This document shows, piece after piece, positions 1 to 9,949 of a stretch of 64,000 bases of DNA. This DNA comes from an uncultured Bacillota bacterium (GTDB lineage: Bacteria > Bacillota > DTU025 > MWDF01): assembly GCA_963823655.1 (NCBI GenBank), contig CAWGMK010000002.1, positions 50,688 to 114,687 of the forward strand, in the 5' to 3' direction. Position 1 is the first letter of the stretch. The number at the start of each line of letters is the position of its first letter. Under the pieces are notes generated by a model that saw nothing but the letters and a program-made list of their open reading frames with translations, had not been told where the DNA came from and ran no database searches. The position numbers and the translations under genes are program-made.

Positions 1-882
1 ATCGCGGGCATCGGCCTTGTTTCACTGGCGGTCTCGGTCATCGTGGGGCTGATCATGGCGACTGGGCTCAGCCGACCCTTACGGAAAACTGTTGAAGCGG
101 CGGCGCAGATATCAGACGGTAATTACAAAGTAAGGCTTGCCGACCAGAACGACACTTTGGAGGTCGGCATGCTGATGCAATCCATTAACCACCTTGCATC
201 TTCGCTCGAGCAGCAGGAGGGCATAAGAAAGCAGCTCGTGGAGGACGTCTCACATGAGATCAGGACCCCGGTTGCGATCCTTCAGACCCATATAGAGGCG
301 ATGGTAGAGGGCATATGGCAGCCGACCGTCGAGCACTTGCAAAGCTGCCATGACGAAGTCATCCGGATTGGGCAGCTGATGAAGGACATCGAAAGCCTTA
401 CCGAGGTCAATAGCAGCAACATCAGGCTCGACAAGACGGAATTTGGCATCATGGAGGTAATCCGGAGGGCAATCGGCGGCTTTGAAGTGGAAATCGGAAA
501 GAAGGGCCTGCACATTGCCTTAAAGGGCACGGACTGTATGGTGTCGGCGGACAGGAACAGGATCAACCAGGTTCTGGTCAACCTGCTCTCCAACGCAGTT
601 AAGTACTCGAAAAGCGGCGGCTCCATCGATGTCGAGGTCATGGAAACCACAAGCTACGTAGTGATTACGGTCAAAGACGACGGCATTGGCATCCCCGATA
701 AGGAACAGCCTTACATATTCGAGCGCTTCTACCGCGCCGACAAGTCGCGCAACAGGAAGACCGGTGGTTCTGGCATTGGCCTTTCCATAGTGAAGTACAT
801 AGTCGAGGCTCATGGCGGAAAAGTGAGCGTAAGCAGCAAGATAGATGAAGGCAGCACTTTCGAGGTCATGCTGCCCAAGTAG
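1..882 (+). CDS. Two-component sensor histidine kinase (BaeS-like), 5' truncated by the window
   Basis: Frame open from base 1; HAMP region, H-box (SHEIRTP), N-box (NLLSNAVKY), G-boxes (DDGIGI, GGSGIGL). Confidence 0.93.
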   Translation: MAGIGLVSLAVSVIVGLIMATGLSRPLRKTVEAAAQISDGNYKVRLADQNDTLEVGMLMQSINHLASSLEQQEGIRKQLVEDVSHEIRTPVAILQTHIEAMVEGIWQPTVEHLQSCHDEVIRIGQLMKDIESLTEVNSSNIRLDKTEFGIMEVIRRAIGGFEVEIGKKGLHIALKGTDCMVSADRNRINQVLVNLLSNAVKYSKSGGSIDVEVMETTSYVVITVKDDGIGIPDKEQPYIFERFYRADKSRNRKTGGSGIGLSIVKYIVEAHGGKVSVSSKIDEGSTFEVMLPK

Positions 883-1223
883 AGCCAATTTACAGCAGAG
901 CTTATAGATCCTAATACTGTTACGCTCAACGTTAAATGGACGGCTTTTAGAGCAGCTTAGGCCAACTTTACGAGAGTCAGCGAAAAGGTCATGTACAATC
1001 GGACGCGGCTGAATTTGTCATATGAGCGATTGCGTTTCGTAATTTTTTCACGCCGCTTCGCGATACGGCCTAGACAGGTCAGGCGCAAGGTATAAGACGC
1101 TCTGTGTCGAAATACGAATATAAGTCGCAGTGATAGATGTCGATATGAGCCTTGATAAAGATTAGTATTTCCCAGTTTAGAAGCACAATTTGCAACGGAA
1201 ATGGATAACCGAGGAGGCACGCA

Positions 1224-1460
1224 ATGCTCAAGGTTTTTACGGCAGATGAGCTGAGCAAATTCGACGGCAAGAACGGAAAAGCGGCCTATGTTGCATTCGA
1301 AGGCGCCGTCTACGATGTAACAGGCGGCCCCAACTGGGGTGACGGCGAACATTACGGCATGCATGAGGCAGGGATGGACCTGACGGACCAGATGGGTGGC
1401 GCTCCGCACGGAGGAGAGCTGTTCAAAGGTTACCCAATAGTAGGCAAGCTCGCCAGCTGA
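1224..1460 (+). CDS. Cytochrome b5-like heme/steroid-binding domain protein
   Basis: FTADELSKFDGKNG...VYDVT...W..GEH...H.AG.DLT...APHG pattern; GAGGAGG RBS. Confidence 0.85.
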   Translation: MLKVFTADELSKFDGKNGKAAYVAFEGAVYDVTGGPNWGDGEHYGMHEAGMDLTDQMGGAPHGGELFKGYPIVGKLAS

Positions 1461-1542
1461 TAGGGTAATCAGTCTTTCCTTGTAACCCCATACTAGGCAG
1501 GGATTAAAACCCAGGAGCGACTTCCGATAGGGGGTGGTGTAA

Positions 1543-3257
1543 TTGGATTGGACCTTGAAGATAGGCGGGGCCGCAGGCCAGGGCTTGCAGGTTATCGGAG
1601 GCATGCTGACTCGCACTTTCGTAAGATCAGGGCTTTTCGTATTCACCGGGCAGGATTCTGAAGTCGAGAATCCGCGGCGGCCACAATTTCCTTCAACTGA
1701 GAGTCGGCGACAAGCCGGTAAACGCCTTCGCATCCCGTATAGATGTCCTAGTCGCCCTGGATTTGGAGACGATCCGGGCCCATATCTCAGAGCTTGGCGA
1801 GGACGGCATAATTGTCTGGGACCCTGCCGCAGTAGCATACACCGAAGTAACTGAGAGGGGCTTCGCTGTGCCTTTGGCCAAGCTCACGACCGACGCCGGC
1901 GGGCAGGCGATAATGATGAACTCTACAGCCGTCGGAGCAGTGCTCGGAATGGTTGGCTTTCCCCGAGAGTCCATCGCTTCGATGCTTGAGCATGAGTTCG
2001 GGCGCAAAGGCAAAGAGGTAGTAGAGGCTAATGTAAAAGTGGCGCTGGCTGGCTACGATTATGCCAGGGACAACTGCACGATCTGCGGCAAAGTGATTGC
2101 CCCCGGACAGGCGGGCGGGCACATGGTGCTAACAGGGAACCAGGCGATAGCGCTCGGTTCCATGGCAGCCGGGCTGCGCTTCGTATCCGCCTACCCGATG
2201 TCGCCCTCCACCTCTATCATGGAGTTCATCGCCGGGCGCTCCGCGGAGCATGGAATAGTGGTTGAACAGGCAGAAGACGAAATCGCCGCGATCAATATGG
2301 CGATAGGGGCATCATATGCCGGATTGCGGGCGATGACCGCGACTTCCGGCGGTGGGCTCTGCCTGATGGTAGAGGGCATCGGCCTTGCGGGCATGACCGA
2401 GACGCCTATTGTAATAGTAGACGCCCAGCGCCCCGGGCCCAGCACAGGGCTTCCGACGAGGACTGAGCAGGCCGACTTGCTCTTTCTTATCCATGCGTCA
2501 CACGGCGAATTCCCGAGAGCAATCCTCGCGCCCGGGGATGCCAATCAGGCGTTCTACCTGGCTGCCAAAGCCTTCAACCTGGCGGAGAAGTATCAAATAC
2601 CCGTCTTTCTGATGACCGACCAGTACCTGGCCGATTCCTCATGGACCATCGAGCCTCCCGACCCTTCCAGGATCACCATCGAGCGCGGCGAGATGCTGAC
2701 GGAAACGGCCCCCGCCGACTATAAAAGGTATACCATAACGGATACAGGAATTTCCCCGAGGGCGATACCGGGGGCAGGGCCCGCGCTTGTAGTTGCCGAC
2801 AGCGATGAGCATACAGAAGAGGGCCACATAACGGAAAGCGCGGAAGTCAGGTTGGCCATGATGAACAAGCGGGCAAGGAAGCAGGAGCTTTTGAGGTCTG
2901 AGATAAGCCCGCCGGATCATTACGGCCCCGAGAACGCGAAGGTAACGCTTTTGTGCTGGGGCTCGAACCTCCATGTGGTCCGAGAAGCCGTCGACATCCT
3001 GAACGCCAGTACGGAAAACTCGGCCAACTGCTATCATTTCTCCCAGCTCTGGCCTTTCCCGAAGGAGGCCGTCTCTGAAGCTTCTTAAGGGCTCGGGGCT
3101 GCTTATGACGGTGGAGAACAACTCCACCGCCCAATTGGCAAAGCTCTTAAGGACCGAGACTGGCATACAGGTCAGAGGCTCCATACTGAAGTTCGACGGC
3201 AGGCCGTTCACACCTGAACTAGTAGCTGATGCCGTACGAAAGGAGGTGTCTTTCTGA
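1543..3257 (+). CDS. korA: 2-oxoacid:ferredoxin oxidoreductase alpha subunit (gamma-alpha fusion), with two +1 frameshifts (~1660, ~3080)
   Basis: IGGAAGQG start; SRIRGGHN resumes in the next frame; YPMSPS, EDEIAA, ATSGGG, QRPGPSTG; C-terminal VENNSTAQLA...KFDGRPF in a third frame, with its TGA overlapping the korB ATG. Confidence 0.88.
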
Positions 3258-4117
3258 TGCTGACGATCGAGGATTACAAGAGCCATGATCCAATCGCCTG
3301 GTGCCCGGGCTGCGGCAATTTCGGCATACTGGCGGCAATGAAGAAGGCCCTGGTAGCTCTTGAGTTGAGGCCGCAGGACATCTGCATGGTAAGCGGCATT
3401 GGGCAGGCCGCCAAGTTGCCCCACTACCTGAAGGGCAATGTGTTCAATGGCCTGCATGGGCGCACACTGCCGGTAGCCACCGGCATCCACCTTGCGAATC
3501 CCGAACTTAAAGTCATTGCAATCGGCGGCGACGGCGACGGTTACGCAGAGGGCGGAAACCACTTCCTTCATGCGCTCAGGCGCAACCCGCACATCACTTA
3601 CATAGTCCATGACAACCAGGTATTCGGCCTCACCAGGGGCCAGACTTCTCCCACAAGCGATGCCGGCTACGTCTCCACGACGACGCCGTGGGGCCAGATC
3701 GCAGGCTCCTTCAACCCGATCGCCGTAGCAATCGCACTAGACGCGAGCTTCGTTGCAAGAGGCTTTGCTGGCAACATAGAGCAGCTTTCGCAGCTGATAC
3801 AGGAAGGCATTCGCACCGAAGGCTTCGCCCTTATAGACGTGCTTCAGCCCTGCGTCACCTTCAACAAGGTCAACACCTTCAAGTGGTACAGCGAAAGGGT
3901 CTATAAGCTTGAGGAAGGGTATGATCCTCATGATCGCGCGGCCGCCTTCGCCAAGGCGTATGAGTGGGGGGACAGGATACCGACCGGCGTAATCTACCGA
4001 GGTTCGAGGGCTTCCTACTCGTCACTTCTAGCCAGCACAAGGCCCAAAGCCAATCCGGTTGGCTACATTCCCGACCCGATGACCATCGCGCCCCTAATCA
4101 AAGAACTTTCTGATTAG
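3257..4117 (+). CDS. korB: 2-oxoacid:ferredoxin oxidoreductase beta subunit
   Basis: WCPGCGNFG, LHGR, TPP-binding GDGD, QPCVTFN. Confidence 0.93.
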   Translation: MLTIEDYKSHDPIAWCPGCGNFGILAAMKKALVALELRPQDICMVSGIGQAAKLPHYLKGNVFNGLHGRTLPVATGIHLANPELKVIAIGGDGDGYAEGGNHFLHALRRNPHITYIVHDNQVFGLTRGQTSPTSDAGYVSTTTPWGQIAGSFNPIAVAIALDASFVARGFAGNIEQLSQLIQEGIRTEGFALIDVLQPCVTFNKVNTFKWYSERVYKLEEGYDPHDRAAAFAKAYEWGDRIPTGVIYRGSRASYSSLLASTRPKANPVGYIPDPMTIAPLIKELSD

Positions 4118-4447
4118 CCAATAATTGGGATTCTGACATGCAAGCAGGGATGGTATGGAAAACCAAGCATATTTATATATTTCGATTTATATGGTAACTT
4201 GTTTACAAAGCAGCTGATACTCATTGGAGGGGAAGTGAGAGAAGGCACAATTTGAAGCCAATAGGATTCCAAATCTCTGACCAACTGGAGCGAAAAAGAG
4301 AAACGCAGAATTCCAATCAGCGCTTATTGCAGCGGAAACCGCATATGAAATCGGTATAGGCAGCTTGTAGGGCGTACAACAGAAATCCAGGGATTGGTGC
4401 TTGGTTCTCAGTAGCGAAAAGTATCTAAAGAGCATTTGGAGGAACAT

Positions 4448-5842
4448 ATGGTTATTTTATATACGATAATCAACATCGTAGCCCTTGCCGTATGCATCGG
4501 AATCGTGCTGAGGATGCAGTCCAAGAGAGCGTCCTTCACGAAGCGCGTCCTGGTAGCCCTTGGCTTTGGCATAGTTCTGGGGCTTGCCATGCAGTTCGCT
4601 TTCAGGGGCCAAAAAGAGGTCCTGGACAGCACATTGCCCTGGTACGGGCTGGTCGGTAACGGTTATGTAGCATTGCTTCGCATGATAGTCATCCCTTTGG
4701 TCATGGTTTCCATCATCTCAGCCATATTAAAGCTTAAAGACGCGAAGAACCTGGGCAAGATGAGCATGAGCGTAATCCTCACGCTCGTTCTTACGGCAGG
4801 CTTGGCAGCGATGGTAGGAGAGGTATCTGCCCTTGCGTTCGGACTTGACGCGAGAGAGCTGACCCTGGGGACCGCGGAAACGCAAAGGGCGGCCGTGCTC
4901 CAGCAGACTACGGCGCAGGCCAATACGTCTTTGCCTGATAAGATACTGGAGATCATACCCACGAATCCATTCAAGGACATGACAGGGGCCAGGAACACCT
5001 CCACGCTGGCCGTGGTCGTATTCTCCGGCTTCATCGGACTTGCCACTTTGGCGATACGCAAAAAGAATCCGGCAGAGGCTGATTTCGTCCAGAAGCTGGT
5101 CGACGCGTCCTATGCCGTGACGATGCGCATAACGACCATGATCCTGAAGCTGACCCCATATGGCGTTATGGCCCTGATGGCCTCGATGATCGCTGGCACG
5201 GATTTCTCGGCAATCGTGAACCTTGCGAAGTTCGTGATCGCCTCCTACACCGCAATCATCGTGATGTTCACCATCCATCTCTTCATACTGGCGCTTTTCA
5301 AGTACAATCCGTGGACATACATAAAGAAGGCATTCCCCACGCTCGCCTTCGCGTTCACGTCCCGCACCAGCCTGGGGACATTGCCGATGACAATAGAGAC
5401 ACAGACCAAGAAGCTTGGCATATCCGACGCAATCGCCAACTTCTCGGCAACGTTCGGCATAGCGATAGGCCAGAACGGCTGCGCCGGCATTTATCCTGCT
5501 ATGTTGGCAGTCATGATAGCGCCGACGGTAGGGATCAACCCCTTCAACATAGGCTTCCTGCTCACAGTGGCGCTTGTTACGGCGATTAGCTCGTTTGGAG
5601 TCGCCGGAGTCGGCGGCGGGGCCACCTTCGCAGCGCTTATCGTACTGTCTGCCCTGAACCTACCCATAGCTCTAGCAGGCCTTCTTATATCGATCGAGCC
5701 GCTAATAGACATGGGCCGTACGGCTTTGAACGTTTCCGACGCCTTTGTCGCGGGGGCTGTTTCTGCACGGATACTTAAGGAAGTGGACATGAAAGTCTAC
5801 GACAACCTCAAGTCCGATACAGAGATTGCAGAAACGGTATGA
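4448..5842 (+). CDS. tcyP: Cystine:cation symporter (DAACS family)
   Basis: FAFTSRTS, GQNGCAGIYPAM, SFGVAGVGGGATFA, IEPLIDMGRTALNV; GGAGG RBS before ATG 4448. Confidence 0.9.
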   Translation: MVILYTIINIVALAVCIGIVLRMQSKRASFTKRVLVALGFGIVLGLAMQFAFRGQKEVLDSTLPWYGLVGNGYVALLRMIVIPLVMVSIISAILKLKDAKNLGKMSMSVILTLVLTAGLAAMVGEVSALAFGLDARELTLGTAETQRAAVLQQTTAQANTSLPDKILEIIPTNPFKDMTGARNTSTLAVVVFSGFIGLATLAIRKKNPAEADFVQKLVDASYAVTMRITTMILKLTPYGVMALMASMIAGTDFSAIVNLAKFVIASYTAIIVMFTIHLFILALFKYNPWTYIKKAFPTLAFAFTSRTSLGTLPMTIETQTKKLGISDAIANFSATFGIAIGQNGCAGIYPAMLAVMIAPTVGINPFNIGFLLTVALVTAISSFGVAGVGGGATFAALIVLSALNLPIALAGLLISIEPLIDMGRTALNVSDAFVAGAVSARILKEVDMKVYDNLKSDTEIAETV

Positions 5843-7176
5843 AGATATTGATAGTAGGCGGCGTGGCGGCGGGAATGAGCGCCGCTGCCAGGGTGAAAAG
5901 GAACCTGAAGGATGCCGAAGTAATAGTCCTCGAGCAGAGCGGCGACGTGTCCTGGGGAGCCTGCGGCCTGCCCTATTACGTCGGCGGCTGGTTCGATGAC
6001 CCGAACTTCATGATAGCAAGGACCGCCGAGCAGTTTCGCGAATCGGGCATCGAAGTCCGTATCCACAATCGCGTATTGAGCCTGGATCATGCCGCAAAAA
6101 AGGTCAGGGTCAAGAACCTGCAGACCGGGGCCGAATACGACGAGAGCTTCGATCAGCTGATGATCGCGACCGGCGGCAGCCCCATTCTCCCCGAACACCC
6201 AGGAATTGGCCTTGGCAACATCATGCCGCTAACAAGGCTCGATGACGGGGAGAAGCTTAAGAAGCTGCTGCAGGACCCTGCGATCAAGAACGTTGCCATA
6301 ATCGGCGCCGGCTTCATCGCGATAGAATCTGCGGAAGCCTGCGCGCATATGGGCAAATCTGTGCGGATGATCCAGCACAGCGACAGAGTGCTAAGAAAGC
6401 TCTTCGACAAGGAAGTCACCGACGTCGTTGAGAAGTCACTGGTTAGAAACGGCGTCCAGCTTCACCTTTCCGAGAACGTGGTCTCATTCATAGGCAAGGA
6501 CTGGCGCGTGGACGAAGTCGTCACGGATAAGGGACGCTATCAGGCGGAACTTGTGATCGTGGCGATAGGCATAAAGCCCAACACGGCATTTTTGGCGGGA
6601 AGCGGACTTGAGATGATGCCCAATGGGGCGATAATCGTCGACAACACGGGGAGGACTAATCTTGATTTTGTCTTCTCCGCCGGCGACTGCGCCACCGTGC
6701 CGCTTGCCTACGACGGAAGGGCTGAGTACGTGCCGCTTGCGACCGGCGCCAACAAGCTTGGCCGCGTCGTAGGAGACGCCATGGCGGGCAAGGGAACAAG
6801 ATACCCTGGCAGCCTGTCATCAGTATGTATAAAGGTATTCGACATCGAGGCGGGCCGCACTGGCCTTTCCGAGAGGGACGCGACGAAGATGGGTATAAGC
6901 TTCAAGAGCGTCTTCATAACCGACAAGAACCACACGAACTACTGGCCCGGCCAGGAAGAGATATCCATAAAGCTGATCTATGATCCGGCTACGCGCAAAT
7001 TGCTGGGCGGGCAGATCGTCGGAGGGTCGGGATCGGTCCTGCGCACAGACGTGCTTGCCGCAGCCATCACAGGCGGCCTTACCGTTGAGCAGCTGGGAAT
7101 GATGGACCTCTGCTATGCACCCCCGTTCTCAAGGACCTGGGACGCCCTCAACGTGGCCGGCAATGTAGCAAAATAG
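5839..7176 (+). CDS. cdr: CoA-disulfide reductase / FAD-dependent pyridine nucleotide-disulfide oxidoreductase
   Basis: GGVAAGMS FAD motif, SWGACGLPY redox Cys, GAGFIA NAD(P)H motif, C-terminal DLCYAPPFS; ATGA overlap with tcyP. Confidence 0.88.
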   Translation: MKILIVGGVAAGMSAAARVKRNLKDAEVIVLEQSGDVSWGACGLPYYVGGWFDDPNFMIARTAEQFRESGIEVRIHNRVLSLDHAAKKVRVKNLQTGAEYDESFDQLMIATGGSPILPEHPGIGLGNIMPLTRLDDGEKLKKLLQDPAIKNVAIIGAGFIAIESAEACAHMGKSVRMIQHSDRVLRKLFDKEVTDVVEKSLVRNGVQLHLSENVVSFIGKDWRVDEVVTDKGRYQAELVIVAIGIKPNTAFLAGSGLEMMPNGAIIVDNTGRTNLDFVFSAGDCATVPLAYDGRAEYVPLATGANKLGRVVGDAMAGKGTRYPGSLSSVCIKVFDIEAGRTGLSERDATKMGISFKSVFITDKNHTNYWPGQEEISIKLIYDPATRKLLGGQIVGGSGSVLRTDVLAAAITGGLTVEQLGMMDLCYAPPFSRTWDALNVAGNVAK

Positions 7177-7220
7177 GCAATGGCCGCATTCGCCTTACCG
7201 TACCGAAAGGAGGCACTTAA

Positions 7221-7466
7221 TTGATAAACAGACATTCTATAGTCCTTTTCATTGTATTAGTAGCGATGGGTTTCGGATTGTTCACGATGGTGGGCTTCCA
7301 GAGGAAGAACGCCATAGCGCCGGTCGCCTCGACCGGAGGCGGACTGGTAGTCAATGTAGGGTCCGGCATTGTTCCTTCGACAACCGTGACCAACGATGGC
7401 AGCGGCGCAACAACGGCGCCCGTTGTCGACGACGCGGCGGCTGCGGACGGCGCGGCTTGCCCGTAA
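7221..7466 (+). CDS. Small membrane-anchored low-complexity protein ending in ...AACP
   Basis: AAAGGAGG RBS, TTG start, N-terminal hydrophobic helix, G/T/A/D-rich linker, single Cys at the penultimate position. Confidence 0.65.
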   Translation: MINRHSIVLFIVLVAMGFGLFTMVGFQRKNAIAPVASTGGGLVVNVGSGIVPSTTVTNDGSGATTAPVVDDAAAADGAACP

Positions 7467-7515
7467 GAGCAAATAAACTGATTTACGGTAAGCAACAAGA
7501 AAGGGGAACAGGAAA

Positions 7516-8868
7516 ATGACGAAAAGCTTGACTAGAGCGATTATTCTGGTGCTGTGTTTGGGCTTACTCGGAGCTAGTGTCTGGGCAATTGAGGCCCCTG
7601 CGAAGAGCATAAACGCGACTTACCAGTTCTTCAACAGCGCAAACTTCTCCCATCTCACAGACCCTGATCCGGTGTTTAGAACCGTATCGTACGACCAGCT
7701 CATAAAGCTGTTCGAAAGCGACGGGACGTATATGATACTCTTCGGCGGATCATGGTGCGGCAATACCCAGGCGGTCATCGCCCAGATCAACGACGTCGCC
7801 AAGGAATATGGTGTTGAGGCTATCTACAACTTCGACTTCAAACTGGACGGCGCGTCGATGCACATCCGCGACACGAAGAACCCCTATGCCAACCTCTATG
7901 TGGACCTTGTGCAGAAGTATCTGCCCAACATCGTCACTTTGTATGACAAGAACGTCAACGGCGTAAGCTATGTAAAAGCTGACGGCACGACGGCATTGGC
8001 CAACAAGCTCCAGGTGCCGTTCCTATTCCTGTACAACAAGAACAGCGTCGGCGCCGACGGCAAGCCCGCCCCCATAATGGCCTCTTTCGAGAAGATGCTC
8101 ACATGGGCGAAGGATTTCCAGACCAACGGAGTCGACGATCCTGCCAAGATAGAAGCCTACAAGAAGGAAATCCGCCCGCTCTTCGACATTGTCGCGACAA
8201 AGACGCTGCTTGGCAAGAAGACGGCCAAACTGGACACCTTCACGGACTTCGAGTACTTCAGCACCGCATTCAACGCCAAGGCGAAGACCACGATACTAGA
8301 CGCGAAGGATGAGCCCTGGGTAATGCAGACCGTCTCATACTTCGAGCTCACGAAGATACTTGAAAGCCCCGGCAACTTCGTCTTCATGTTCGGCGGCCCC
8401 TGGTGCGGAAACACCCAGGCTGTCGTAAAGCTCGTGAACGAGTATGCGAAGAAGTACAACATTTCGAAGATCTATACATGGGATACCAAGCTCGATTCCA
8501 ACGTCTTGCAGACGCGCGACACGAAGAACGCATACGCCAAGATGTATGTGGACCTCGTCAGGAAGTACTTCCCCGGAATCGAAACGGTCTATGCATTGGA
8601 TAAGAACAACGTTTCCTACACTGACGCGTCCGGCGCCGTAATCGCGGCCAACAAGCTGCAGGTCCCGTACGTATTCGTGTACAACAAGGACAGGAAGGAC
8701 GCAGCAGGCAATCCTGATCCCATCCTTGGCCAGATAGAGCTCATGTACAGCTGGGAGAACATCCAGCCCGGCTACGTCGACAAGGACGGCAAGACCGGAG
8801 TCAACTACAAGAACTACACGGCAGCCCTTGACGCGCTCTTCGGCCAGCTGGCTGCCATTGCGAAGTAA
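7516..8868 (+). CDS. Secreted protein with two tandem thioredoxin-like domains (WCGNT motif)
   Basis: Signal peptide; internal duplication FGG(S/P)WCGNTQAV...(N/W)D.KLD...NKLQVP(F/Y) with a Trx cis-Pro-like QVP. Confidence 0.75.
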   Translation: MTKSLTRAIILVLCLGLLGASVWAIEAPAKSINATYQFFNSANFSHLTDPDPVFRTVSYDQLIKLFESDGTYMILFGGSWCGNTQAVIAQINDVAKEYGVEAIYNFDFKLDGASMHIRDTKNPYANLYVDLVQKYLPNIVTLYDKNVNGVSYVKADGTTALANKLQVPFLFLYNKNSVGADGKPAPIMASFEKMLTWAKDFQTNGVDDPAKIEAYKKEIRPLFDIVATKTLLGKKTAKLDTFTDFEYFSTAFNAKAKTTILDAKDEPWVMQTVSYFELTKILESPGNFVFMFGGPWCGNTQAVVKLVNEYAKKYNISKIYTWDTKLDSNVLQTRDTKNAYAKMYVDLVRKYFPGIETVYALDKNNVSYTDASGAVIAANKLQVPYVFVYNKDRKDAAGNPDPILGQIELMYSWENIQPGYVDKDGKTGVNYKNYTAALDALFGQLAAIAK

Positions 8869-8925
8869 GGCATGACGGCCTGATTCCGTAAAGCAGTCTT
8901 AAGAAACCGACTAGTTGCATAAGAG

Positions 8926-8969
8926 AAAAGGCTTGGTCCCTCATTTGGAAGGGGCCAAGCCTTATTTTC
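8926..8969. terminator. Probable bidirectional intrinsic terminator
   Basis: AAGGCTTGGTCCC / GGGGCCAAGCCTT stem with A- and T-tracts, between convergent genes. Confidence 0.7.
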
Positions 8970-9046
8970 GCCGCCATATGCGAGTCTGCTTGCGCAGTGG
9001 GTTAATAGAAAAGAGAAAGCAGGATAACCTGGCAATTTCTACGGTA

Positions 9047-9514
9047 TCAGGCACCTAAAGAATCCAAAAGGGACATGAGCTCATCGTTTCCGGGGATGTC
9101 CTCCATGGAATGTCCGTAATGGACGTAGCGCAGCATGCCGCCTTTGTCGATGATCATCTGCGCCGGCATGCGCCCCAGCTTGAACAGGTTCACCTTCTGC
9201 CCGTATAGCTTGAGTACCACATGTTTCTCATCCGGAAGTCCTATGAAGGGCAGGTTATTCTTCTTCCAGTATGCTTTGAAGGCCGTCGCATCCTCTGGCC
9301 CGATTACAACAATGGCCGCATCTTTCGCCTCGAAAGCCGTAAAATCCTGATGCAACTGCATCATGTGCTTCTGGCAGAATGGTCACATAAACCCCCTGTT
9401 GAGCACCAGAACAACATGCTTTTGCCCCTTAAGGCCGGAAAGCCGGAACGCATTGCCTTCGAAATCCGCAAGCGTAAAGTCCGGCGCCGGTTCGTTTACA
9501 GCAATGCTTGCCAT
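9047..9514 (-). CDS. Selenocysteine-containing AhpC/TSA (peroxiredoxin-like) protein, UxxC
   Basis: MASIAVNEPAPDFTL...VLNRGFM-TGA-PFCQKHM... continues in frame across TGA 9385-9383; GGAG RBS; hairpin downstream of the TGA. Confidence 0.85.
9348..9363 (-). promoter_or_regulatory. Candidate bacterial SECIS hairpin
   Basis: UGAUGC-AGUU-GCAUCA stem-loop beginning ~20 nt 3' of the in-frame UGA, with a G in the loop. Confidence 0.55.
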
Positions 9515-9561
9515 CTTGTCCTCCTTAGCTAATCTCGTAAGACGTCTTCGCCACTGGGCTA

Positions 9562-9777
9562 CTAGTATCTCGATACCCAGACCAGGAACGCGATTATCGC
9601 TGCTACGAAGAGCCAGGAGACGGGGTTTGCGAAGTTGAGCGTCCTGCCGAAGCCATAAGGCTTGGGGACGAAGATGTTCGCATCTTCCTTGTTGAAATAG
9701 ATGAAGGAGTTCGTCTTCTTCCTGTATTCCGCTACTTCCTGTGCGGACCACTTTCTATCGGCCATGATAATACGCAC
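9562..9777 (-). CDS. DUF5808-like small membrane protein
   Basis: YFNKEDANIFVPKPYGFGRTLNFAN followed by one TM helix. Confidence 0.7.
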   Translation of the reverse strand: MRIIMADRKWSAQEVAEYRKKTNSFIYFNKEDANIFVPKPYGFGRTLNFANPVSWLFVAAIIAFLVWVSRY

Positions 9778-9949
9778 CTTTCTTCCAAGCTAAATCAAGT
9801 TGCCACCTAATTCAATCATATCCGCCTTGCGCAAATAAACAATGGTTCGAAATCAAGGGCGGAGGTGACGCTGATCTGCGATCTGCAACCTCCGCCCTCA
9901 ATAGGCAATATCTACTTGATATGTTCTATTATCAGCCCACGGGATCCGG

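Noticed and set aside
957-1838. 293 aa minus-strand ORF and similar long antisense ORFs (2639-3610, 36590-37648, 49130-49762)
   Set aside because: Shadows of well-supported genes on the opposite strand; no motifs of their own
4120-4440. Possible Cys T-box or S-box upstream of tcyP
   Set aside because: No UGGNACC antiterminator bulge, no SAM-I core and no clear terminator found
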